A DNA stretch of 61,477 bases, from positions 1 to 61,477 of the forward strand of contig JBFHVQ010000006.1 of assembly GCA_041589455.1 (NCBI GenBank). Reading direction: 5' to 3'. Each line of letters begins with the position of its first letter. Positions within the stretch are counted from its first letter, which is position 1. This document shows positions 43,643 to 52,120 of the stretch, piece after piece. This stretch comes from Gammaproteobacteria bacterium (GTDB lineage Bacteria; Pseudomonadota; Gammaproteobacteria; SZUA-229). The notes beneath the pieces are model-generated. The model saw only the letters and a list, made by a program, of their open reading frames with translations. It did no database searches and was not told where the DNA came from. A program made the translations under genes and the position numbers.

Positions 43643-44098
43643 TTACTCAACATCTTCAATCGTATATAACTGAATTATGTGTTGCTCCAGCTGCTCAGTA
43701 TGGACATACTCTTCAGAGATGGCAAACGCCGAAACAGCCACTCTCGCGTCTTCTACCGATTGCTGGCGACCCGATACCAGGGGGTGCCAACTGGCAAGAG
43801 GCCGACCTTCTGAAAGCCGCCTGTAGGCACAGCTTTCTGGCAACCATTGATATTCTGCCGGGCTCATTTTCCGTATATCAAGACACTCTTGTACCAGAGA
43901 CAGTCGATTAGCATAATTTTTACAGCGACAGCTTTCCGTATTTAATAATTGGCAGCTCACATTGGTGTAGCACACCTCTGCTGTATCTTCATCCTCAAGC
44001 TTTACCAGACAACAGCGAGCACAGCCATCACATAAAGATTCCCACTCCTCATCTGTCATTTGTTGCAAGGTTTTTTGTTTCCAGAAGATCTCACTCAT
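43643..44098 (-). CDS. ycgN: YcgN-family cysteine-cluster protein
   Basis: EWESLCDGCARCCL, WLPESCAYR; start placed at MSEIFW. Confidence 0.88.
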   Translation of the reverse strand: MSEIFWKQKTLQQMTDEEWESLCDGCARCCLVKLEDEDTAEVCYTNVSCQLLNTESCRCKNYANRLSLVQECLDIRKMSPAEYQWLPESCAYRRLSEGRPLASWHPLVSGRQQSVEDARVAVSAFAISEEYVHTEQLEQHIIQLYTIEDVE

Positions 44099-44353
44099 TA
44101 CTTTAATCGGCTCCAATCCCCCAAACGGGTGATGCTAAGAAAATGATTTTATTAACTTTTCTTACCTTACCTTAAATTGAAGCACTTCACACTTATCAGT
44201 GCCATTCACCTGGATTAGGGAAGTTTTCCTACCGCCTGTCTTTACAGGGGGTGACATTAGTTTTGTTTATGCTTAAATCCTATTCAACAGATTTACACCA
44301 AATGACAAAAGTTATCCCAGCCATTTTTTTCATCCTCTGGAGGATAACCCTTT

Positions 44354-45499
44354 ATGTCAAACTCAACTTTTTTCAAGAAAAGCCTGCTCGCCCTGTCAAT
44401 TGCCGCACTCACTGGTAGTGTGCTAACCGGATGCGGTGGCAGCAGTAGCGACACTGGCGATACCAATAACGTTTCAGTTAACAATAGCACTGATTACAAT
44501 GGCCCAGGCTCCAAATGGGACCTGAGCATGAATGATGACGGCACATTCCATATAGACCATCGCCCCGATCTAAACTCAGCCATTGACTATACCGTTGATG
44601 GTACCTATACCCGCCATGACTCAGGCTTTGTCAGCCTCACCGTAACCGGCGGCACAGGCCTTGACGCCCCAACTGCCGGCTCTGAAGCATGGGCATTAGA
44701 AGTTCCTGGCTATGCGGTTATGCTAAAGCCTGTCGATAGTGACCAGCTAGTTGCCATGGTTAAAGCCGGTGAGTGTCCAACCGGTGATATTGATGCAAAC
44801 TGGGTCATCGTGAAACAGGATACCAGCGGTGGTTTTGCTGATGCCGATAATTCTGGTCGTGATTTTGCAGGTACCTTCCATTTTGATTACGCCTCACAAA
44901 CACCGTCATTACCCGCCAAGAAGTCACTCACTGATGGTCACCCAACGGTTACTGGCGGAGGCATTGATCCAGGCGAAGTCACCTGTGAAGACGGCATTAT
45001 GAATGTTCCTGGCGCTGCGATGTATTTAACCGCTAATGGCGGAGCGATTGTGCATACGGATGGCATGTCGCCCGGCGATGAAACCGATGACTCATTTATT
45101 TTTGGCCTGGCGCAGAAATCAATTACGCATATTAATGATTCTGATGGCGAGTACGCTGGAATGTTGTTTGATGACAATATGGACAACAACCAGAAGATTC
45201 ATCCCGTTGCACTAAGCTGCATCAGTGGTAGTTGCACTGGGTATCTGGTGACAGATATTACCACTGGCGCAGTAACCAGTGACAGTGTCAGCGTCACCCT
45301 GAGCACCATCAATGATATTGGTGGCGACGTACTTAATGGATTTATGACCGGTACCATTAGCGATGGCTTTGGCTCAGGCAATATGATCTGCATGGCTGAC
45401 CCGGATGCACTGGGCACAGGCAAGAAGATTGTCAGCTGCGTTGGCCAATCACCAGGCGATAATCGTCACATGTTCAATGTACTGTTTGTTTCCAAGTAA
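44354..45499 (+). CDS. Hypothetical acidic, beta-rich lipoprotein
   Basis: Lipobox LTGC followed by GGSSS; Asp/Gly/Thr-rich; six further Cys; GGAGGA RBS. Confidence 0.75.
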   Translation: MSNSTFFKKSLLALSIAALTGSVLTGCGGSSSDTGDTNNVSVNNSTDYNGPGSKWDLSMNDDGTFHIDHRPDLNSAIDYTVDGTYTRHDSGFVSLTVTGGTGLDAPTAGSEAWALEVPGYAVMLKPVDSDQLVAMVKAGECPTGDIDANWVIVKQDTSGGFADADNSGRDFAGTFHFDYASQTPSLPAKKSLTDGHPTVTGGGIDPGEVTCEDGIMNVPGAAMYLTANGGAIVHTDGMSPGDETDDSFIFGLAQKSITHINDSDGEYAGMLFDDNMDNNQKIHPVALSCISGSCTGYLVTDITTGAVTSDSVSVTLSTINDIGGDVLNGFMTGTISDGFGSGNMICMADPDALGTGKKIVSCVGQSPGDNRHMFNVLFVSK

Positions 45500-45545
45500 G
45501 TGAATTAACTGGCCACACCCTTGGCCAGACAACAGCTCAACAATT

Positions 45546-45579
45546 AAGGCTCTGCACCGATCCGGCGCAGGGCCTTTTT
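45546..45579 (+). terminator. Rho-independent terminator
   Basis: AAGGCTCTGC/GCAGGGCCTT stem ending in a T run. Confidence 0.7.
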
Positions 45580-45774
45580 CAACTCAGGACTTTCTCTACA
45601 CCCTTCATCAAGTCTAAAAGTGCTAGCAATATCAGTAACTTAAACACTTCAATGATAATTTAATTTTTACAGACTAAACTTCTAGAATCAGTGACTCAAA
45701 CCGCTTGGTCTTCAGACAACAACTACTACGAATCATCAGGATATTTATATAATCCCCAGCATAAGGACTCGACA

Positions 45775-46590
45775 ATGAAACCTATAATAAGTTTTCTCTT
45801 ATTGATATTTATTGCACCAACAGCCTTTTCAAATGATGACTTTCCTGGGCGCAAAACCTACCCACTGATTCCCTATATTGAACTAGAGCAGTTATATCAA
45901 GAGCGCGATAAGGTGGTGTTTGTCGACACACGCTCGTTACACGAATTTGAAACCCTGAGTATAAAAGGTGCCATACTTTTACCGCTTACCGCTCGAAGCA
46001 GTGAATTTTCAAAAACACTAACCCAGTTACGCTTAGAGAATCCGGATAAAAAAATTGTATTTTATTGTAATGGCCACAGCTGTATGAAATCTTACAAGGC
46101 AACCCAAAGAGCCAGCTCCTATGTTGGCCTGGATAATGTCTATGCCTTCGATGCGGGAATTTTTGACTGGGCTAACCAGTACCCAGATGAAACATTGCTG
46201 CTTGGTGAAGTACTGGGTGATCCCACCAAACTCATATCCAGTGAAAAATTCCAGGCCCACCTGCTACCGGTAGAAAAATTCGTAAAGACGGCAACGAAAG
46301 ATGTCGTTATTCTGGACATCAGGGATCGAATAGAACGAGCAGGCTTTTATATTTTTGCAGGACATGAATACTCTATTAGCATGGACACGAATGAAAAAAC
46401 CAGACTGGATGAGCTTTTTAAAAAAATTAAGGCTTCCAATAAAACATTATATGTATATGACATGGTCGGCAAGCAGATACGATGGTTCCAATACTATATT
46501 GAATCAAAAGGCATTAAGAAGTACTACTTTATGAAAGGCGGTGCCGACGAGTTTTATAAATTACCGAACGAAACATGGATGGATAGTTAA
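45775..46590 (+). CDS. Exported tandem rhodanese-like protein
   Basis: Signal peptide after ATG 45775 (AAGGA RBS). VDTR...IKGA, FYCNGHSCMKS. Second domain LDIRD...YVYD has no Cys. Confidence 0.8.
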   Translation: MKPIISFLLLIFIAPTAFSNDDFPGRKTYPLIPYIELEQLYQERDKVVFVDTRSLHEFETLSIKGAILLPLTARSSEFSKTLTQLRLENPDKKIVFYCNGHSCMKSYKATQRASSYVGLDNVYAFDAGIFDWANQYPDETLLLGEVLGDPTKLISSEKFQAHLLPVEKFVKTATKDVVILDIRDRIERAGFYIFAGHEYSISMDTNEKTRLDELFKKIKASNKTLYVYDMVGKQIRWFQYYIESKGIKKYYFMKGGADEFYKLPNETWMDS

Positions 46591-46716
46591 TTAAGACACA
46601 ACCTGTAAATTTTTACTACTGTGTAACAAAATAACGAATAGGTGCTTAGCTTTAAATGACGATTTACTGGCTTTGTGCCATTTAAAAAATGAAAGCAGAG
46701 ATGCAAAACTAAAAAA

Positions 46717-47088
46717 CTAGACCCGCTCTATTAACTCTACGCCGTTTCCGTCTGGATCGCGACAAAACAGCGCGCGACGTCCCGAAAGGCTTTTGCTATA
46801 GGCGAGCTGATGTTGCTGGAGAAGCGCCTCATAAGTCGCCAGATCATCCACCGAAAAAGCTACATGTCTATCCCTGCCACCGTGTTCAGGCCTTCCCGAT
46901 ACCGGGTCTGGGTTGGGCACTTCCAGCAGATGAATCTGCTGCCCGCCAAGCTGCAACCAGGCACCGGGGAACCCCAACTCAGGACGATCCTCTGATAGCG
47001 GTATGCCCAGCACCTTATTATAGAATTCAATCGATTTCTGGGTATCTGCCACAACGAGGCTAACATGATGCACTGATAAAACTGCCAC
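46717..47088 (-). CDS. VOC/glyoxalase-family protein
   Basis: HHVS, QIHL, RHVAF, RDPDGNGVEL. Confidence 0.9.
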   Translation of the reverse strand: MAVLSVHHVSLVVADTQKSIEFYNKVLGIPLSEDRPELGFPGAWLQLGGQQIHLLEVPNPDPVSGRPEHGGRDRHVAFSVDDLATYEALLQQHQLAYSKSLSGRRALFCRDPDGNGVELIERV

Positions 47089-47173
47089 TAATATCCCCAG
47101 TTAGCCCCAATTCGGGACTATTTTGACTTATAATATGCCGCCTTTAGCGACACTGAATACTGCAATATTGTAC

Positions 47174-48370
47174 ATGAACTCTGATCTGAATCGACTACAG
47201 CCCTACCCGTTCGAGAAGCTGGCACAGCTAAAAGCCGCGGTTACGCCTGATGAGGCATTAGCTCACATTGCCCTGTCCATTGGCGAACCCAAGCACACGC
47301 CTCCGGCTTTTGTACTGGATGAGCTGGCGCAGGCACTGCCTAAAATAGCCAGTTACCCGCTAACCAAAGGCACTCTGGAGCTACGTCAGGCCATTGCCAA
47401 CTGGCTTAGCAATCGCTTCAGGCTACCTGAGGGCAGCCTGGATGCTGAGCAGCATATCCTGCCGGTGAACGGCACTCGCGAAGCACTATTTGCTTTTGCA
47501 CAGGCCATGGTCAACCGTGTCGATGATGCACTGGTATGCATGCCAAACCCGTTTTATCAGATATATGAAGGTGCGGCGTTTCTTGCCGGAGCAGCCCCCT
47601 ACTTCTATAACACTACACGGGATACCGACTACCTGCCAGACTTCGAGTCGATTAGCGATGACACCTGGAAACGTTGTCAGTTAATTTATATCTGTACACC
47701 GGGTAACCCCACAGGTGCTGTGATATCCAAACAGCAGATGCAATGGCTGATTAACAAGGCCGAAGAATTTGATTTCATTATTGCCTCAGATGAATGCTAC
47801 TCTGAAATTTATTTCGATGATGAAAAGCCACCTTGTGGTCTACTGGAAGCGGCTGCCGAAATGGGCAACACCGATTACAAACGTTGTGTCGTTTTCCATA
47901 GCCTGTCGAAGCGCTCCAACTTACCGGGTTTGCGTTCAGGCTTTGTCGCTGGCGACGCAGATATCATGCAGGCGTTTTTAAAATATCGGACCTATCATGG
48001 CTGCGCGATGTCTGGTCATCATCAACATGCCAGCATTATTGCCTGGAATGATGAACAGCATGTGATTGAGAATCGCACCCTGTATCGACAGAAGTTTAAT
48101 ACTGTACTGGAAATTCTTTCACCACATATGGACGTTAAACTGCCAGATGCAGGATTTTATCTGTGGCCACAAACACCCATTGCCGATACCGACTTTGCAC
48201 AACAGCTGTTTGCACAGAAAAACATTACCGCATTACCCGGGCAATACCTGTCTCGTGAGGTGAATGGTATTAACCCCGGCGCAAACCATATTCGTATGGC
48301 TCTGGTGGCCACCCTTGAGGAAACCACCGAAGCTGCTGAACGAATCAGAGATTTTATACAAACGCTTTAG
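47174..48370 (+). CDS. dapC: N-succinyldiaminopimelate aminotransferase
   Basis: LQPYPFEKL, SDECYSE, SLSKRSNLPGLRSG; precedes dapD; start set at ATG 47174. Confidence 0.92.
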   Translation: MNSDLNRLQPYPFEKLAQLKAAVTPDEALAHIALSIGEPKHTPPAFVLDELAQALPKIASYPLTKGTLELRQAIANWLSNRFRLPEGSLDAEQHILPVNGTREALFAFAQAMVNRVDDALVCMPNPFYQIYEGAAFLAGAAPYFYNTTRDTDYLPDFESISDDTWKRCQLIYICTPGNPTGAVISKQQMQWLINKAEEFDFIIASDECYSEIYFDDEKPPCGLLEAAAEMGNTDYKRCVVFHSLSKRSNLPGLRSGFVAGDADIMQAFLKYRTYHGCAMSGHHQHASIIAWNDEQHVIENRTLYRQKFNTVLEILSPHMDVKLPDAGFYLWPQTPIADTDFAQQLFAQKNITALPGQYLSREVNGINPGANHIRMALVATLEETTEAAERIRDFIQTL

Positions 48371-48412
48371 AACATAAAAAAGCATACTTTTTAATAAACT
48401 GGGAGACCCCCG

Positions 48413-49237
48413 ATGAGCGATTTACAAACAGTCATCGAAGAAGCCTTTGAACGACGCGCAGACATTACGCCACGTAATGTAGAAACCCACGTACGTGAAG
48501 CCGTAGAAGAAGCCATTGCTATGCTGGATTCAGGCCAGGCACGTGTTGCTGAAAAAACCTCTGGCGACTGGGTTGTTAATGAATGGTTAAAAAAAGCGGT
48601 ACTGCTGTCTTTCCGCATTAACGACAATGAATTTATCAAGGGTGGTTTCACTAACTACTACGATAAAGTGGAATCTAAATTTGCTGATTACAACACCCGC
48701 GACTTCCGTGAGTCTGGTGTGCGTGTTGTTCCACCAGCAACTGCACGTAAAGGTTCTTACATTGCACCTAGCGTTGTTATGATGCCATCTTATGTAAACA
48801 TTGGTGCATATGTTGATAGCGGCACCATGGTTGATACCTGGGCGACTGTTGGCTCATGTGCACAAATTGGTAAAAACGTTCACCTTTCAGGCGGCGTTGG
48901 TATCGGTGGTGTTTTAGAACCCTTACAGGCAGCGCCAACCATTATCGAAGACAACTGCTTTATCGGCGCACGTTCCGAAGTGGTTGAAGGCGTTATCGTT
49001 GAAGAAGGCTCGGTTATTTCAATGGGTGTTTACATTGGCCAGAGCACTAAAATCTTTAACCGTATGACTGGTGAAATCACTTACGGCCGTATTCCCAAAG
49101 GCTCTGTGGTTGTATCAGGTAACCTGCCATCGAAAGACGGTACTTACAGCCTGTACTGTGCAGTCATTGTTAAGCAGGTTGATGAGAAGACTTTAGGCAA
49201 GGTAGGTATTAACGAATTACTTCGTGATATCGACTAA
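48413..49237 (+). CDS. dapD: Tetrahydrodipicolinate N-succinyltransferase
   Basis: [23 protein letters not shown], hexapeptide repeats. Confidence 0.97.
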   Translation: MSDLQTVIEEAFERRADITPRNVETHVREAVEEAIAMLDSGQARVAEKTSGDWVVNEWLKKAVLLSFRINDNEFIKGGFTNYYDKVESKFADYNTRDFRESGVRVVPPATARKGSYIAPSVVMMPSYVNIGAYVDSGTMVDTWATVGSCAQIGKNVHLSGGVGIGGVLEPLQAAPTIIEDNCFIGARSEVVEGVIVEEGSVISMGVYIGQSTKIFNRMTGEITYGRIPKGSVVVSGNLPSKDGTYSLYCAVIVKQVDEKTLGKVGINELLRDID

Positions 49238-49256
49238 TCGCTAACAGCAATTCTCC

Positions 49257-49351
49257 GCAAATGCACGCTATTAATCGCAAATTAATAATGGGGATCAGGT
49301 TTTCGCCTTCAACGCAAAACCTGCCATTTAGCGATTAATGCGTGCATATGC
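49257..49351. repeat. Long imperfect inverted repeat (~95 nt)
   Basis: ATGCACGC/GCGTGCAT, ATTAATCGC/GCGATTAAT, AATGG/CCATT and CAGGTTTT/AAAACCTG nest into one hairpin. Confidence 0.75.
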
Positions 49352-49378
49352 AGTCTCAGATTTTTATAACCATCCATT

Positions 49379-49558
49379 ATGAATAAACTCACCGGTAAAC
49401 GATTTATTATTAGTGGCATGACCATTTAAATCGTTTCAGACATGGTTGATAACTGGGAAACGAAAAATATCACGACCCATGAAACCATCCTGATGAAAAA
49501 GTCTGTTCTTGAGAGTACGATTAGACTGGATAAGGCAGAAGAGATCACGCATACATAA
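49379..49558 (+). pseudogene. Small protein gene interrupted by an in-frame TAA
   Basis: MNKLTGKRFIISGMTI*IVSDMVDNWETKNITTHETILMKKSVLESTIRLDKAEEITHT*; single stop at 49427-29. Confidence 0.5.
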
Positions 49559-49892
49559 TTTATTAATAACCAGATTCACACTTCACTCAGCCAGGTACCC
49601 AGGCTTACGCTATGCCATATGCTAATTAAATTAGTTAGCCAATAAAAGGATTACCTGCAGCACTTATTTGTCTATCGATAGATATATTCGTTACCTGCTT
49701 AAGCTGTAAATCATAATAATGCTATTAGGTGTCGGTAACCATTTATTTTCGGCAACATACACAAAGGGAACTGACCTCATTATTCGCTTTCTCATAGGTG
49801 ATGGCATGATAATACTGTTTTATTTCATACAAATTAATTTGATGTGAAAACATTAGTCAGTTATATCTAAAGATATACTATCCACTTTTGGG

Positions 49893-50438
49893 TTATGTGG
49901 GCTTATCTGAGTTTTTATTTTTAGAATACTCGTATTCCGGATAAATCGCTTTGAGACACTCTGGACAAATTCCATGACTAAACTTGGCTTCTGAATGTGA
50001 ATGAATATATGATTCTATTTGATTCCAGTACCCCTCATCGTCTCTGATTTTTTTGCACGAAGAACAAATAGGAAGTAGCCCTTGCAATGTCTTTAACTCT
50101 TTTTTCGTCTCCTGAATTATCTTTATTGAGAGTAGAGCTGTGACCCATATTGCAAATAATGCTAACGCACGATTCATAATAACTTTCCAATGCTCGCCAC
50201 CTTCAGGAGACAAAAAATAACCAAGAATCGTCAATAATGAACAGAATATTGCAGAATAAATTGTAAATTTAATACTCTCAGACTTTAACGAAACAAGAAT
50301 CACGAGAATATAAGGAACACCTCCTGCCACACCAAGTGGAATCATCATATCAATAGTAAATATAATGGCACTGATAACCAGGCACACAAGAGCACAAACA
50401 GGTAAAGAATGACAGTACAATAGCTTATCCGGCGCCAT
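49893..50438 (-). CDS. Membrane protein with a C-terminal 4-Cys (LPICxxCK...HGICPxC) domain
   Basis: About 4 TMs (GVAGGVPY...NRALALFAIW) joined directly to LLPICSSCKKIRDDEGYW...FSHGICPEC. Confidence 0.8.
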   Translation of the reverse strand: MAPDKLLYCHSLPVCALVCLVISAIIFTIDMMIPLGVAGGVPYILVILVSLKSESIKFTIYSAIFCSLLTILGYFLSPEGGEHWKVIMNRALALFAIWVTALLSIKIIQETKKELKTLQGLLPICSSCKKIRDDEGYWNQIESYIHSHSEAKFSHGICPECLKAIYPEYEYSKNKNSDKPT

Positions 50439-51637
50439 ATTAAATAAGCCCTGTTTTCTGGTGATTGATAAAACACATACAAATTAATTAGACGCAATTA
50501 TTAAATCTGTCAATATCATATACATACAATCATAAACTGCCATAGACAGGAACGATTAGATGCGATTGATTAAATAAATAGACTTGACACATAGTAATAC
50601 GAACAATTCCAACTTGTCGGCACCCGTTTAATACTTTACTAAACGCATATATCGTGCATCTCTCAATAAATAAATTGAATCAGACTTCTGAATATTAAGT
50701 TTGCATACTACTCAGATCAAAGTATAGTTTAGCGGATGAAGCCATGAAACAAACCTGCTCATTCCTGATAATATCTCAGCATGCTTTTTACAGGTTTTCG
50801 CAGCTTCAGTAGCCTTGCCTTTGTTTCAGCATTCGGAGCGAATCCGATATAAAACCTCTACTTCCAGGCCTTAATGATATCCTGATGAAAAAACCGCTAT
50901 TCCTTTGAATTGTTCATCAGATTTAAGCAAAATATTCCACAAGCAATAGCCATATTCAGCGTACAGACTGTGGCTATAGACACATGTCACTCTGCCAACC
51001 AACTTCATGATTTAGCGAATCACCTGAGCTGACTCAGCTGGATCAAAGCTGTAGTACCTCTTACACAGTCATAGAGGACACAACCACAAATAAACTTGAT
51101 ATCTGATATATCAGCAACTTGCAGACTAATACTCATCTTCTTGCTGTTTATTATTTCAAGTTTAGTGCTACATAAACAATTTCTGCTAGCCTAATAACAA
51201 AAATAGATCGTTACAATTAGCTTTATGAATTAAACGCCTAAAAACAGAACTCATAATATTGAAAAGTGTGATTTTCAACCGCACTCTTTGCGGCTTTAAA
51301 CACACGAATAATCGCAAATCATAAATTTATAGCTCTTTTATCCTGCTTCAGGATAACGCTATCGATGTAATAAGCAACCGCAAAATCTATTCCAAGTATT
51401 TGTATTTATACAACTTATTGAACAAACACAAAGATCATAATTTTCTACCTATACATTATATATATGTATTCCAGACTCACCAGGGTAAAAAGCATGTGAA
51501 TATTTTTTTGATAAACCTTATTGCTCATGACGCACTCTGGTTGTATAAACCACAAAAAATTCTGTAAGGATTTTGAACAGCTAGCGATAGCTATTGATAA
51601 CCAAGCTAAACACCTTCTGGTATGGAGAAGATAGTCA

Positions 51638-52120
51638 ATGAAAATATACCCAACTCACTATGGCAATAACCCATTATTCCCAAACATGGATGACTTTGAA
51701 GTCGTTATGAAAAATGACCAGTCTGGTCTGGGCGTGATTAGCTATAGATCATTTAGTAAGGGTGAGTTGATTGCACACATCACGGGTGAATTCATTAGAG
51801 ACATACGTCAACATAGCTTACAGATTGATGCAGAGAAACATCTATATGACACCTACTTCTCAGGTTACTTTCTTCATTCTTGCGAACCTAATATTTCACT
51901 GGACATGAAAAGCCTGACTGTCCATGCAGTTAAAGACATTGAGGCTTATGAGTTTCTTTATATGGACTACTCAGAGACAGAAGAAAAGCTGTTCAAGCAG
52001 TTTGCATGTAACTGTTGTTCGCCCTTATGCCGTGGCTGGATAACTGGACATAACGAATCCATTGATTTCGCTAGCACTGAATACCAGAACTTCAGAATGC
52101 TGAGTAAAATTGCGATATGA
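51638..52120 (+). CDS. SET-domain SAM-dependent methyltransferase with post-SET Zn site
   Basis: GLGV, YFLHSCEPN, EFLYMDY, post-SET CNCCSPLCRG; GGAG RBS. Confidence 0.88.
   Translation: MKIYPTHYGNNPLFPNMDDFEVVMKNDQSGLGVISYRSFSKGELIAHITGEFIRDIRQHSLQIDAEKHLYDTYFSGYFLHSCEPNISLDMKSLTVHAVKDIEAYEFLYMDYSETEEKLFKQFACNCCSPLCRGWITGHNESIDFASTEYQNFRMLSKIAI

Noticed and set aside
49238-49351. Integron attC interpretation of the hairpins here and at 54683-54745
   Set aside because: No properly oriented RYYYAAC...GTTRRRY ends and no integrase in the window.
50780-50830. Minus-strand AAAGGCAA...GAAA resembling a c-di-GMP-I riboswitch
   Set aside because: Lacks the P2 stem with GNRA loop and the downstream GCAAA/receptor elements.
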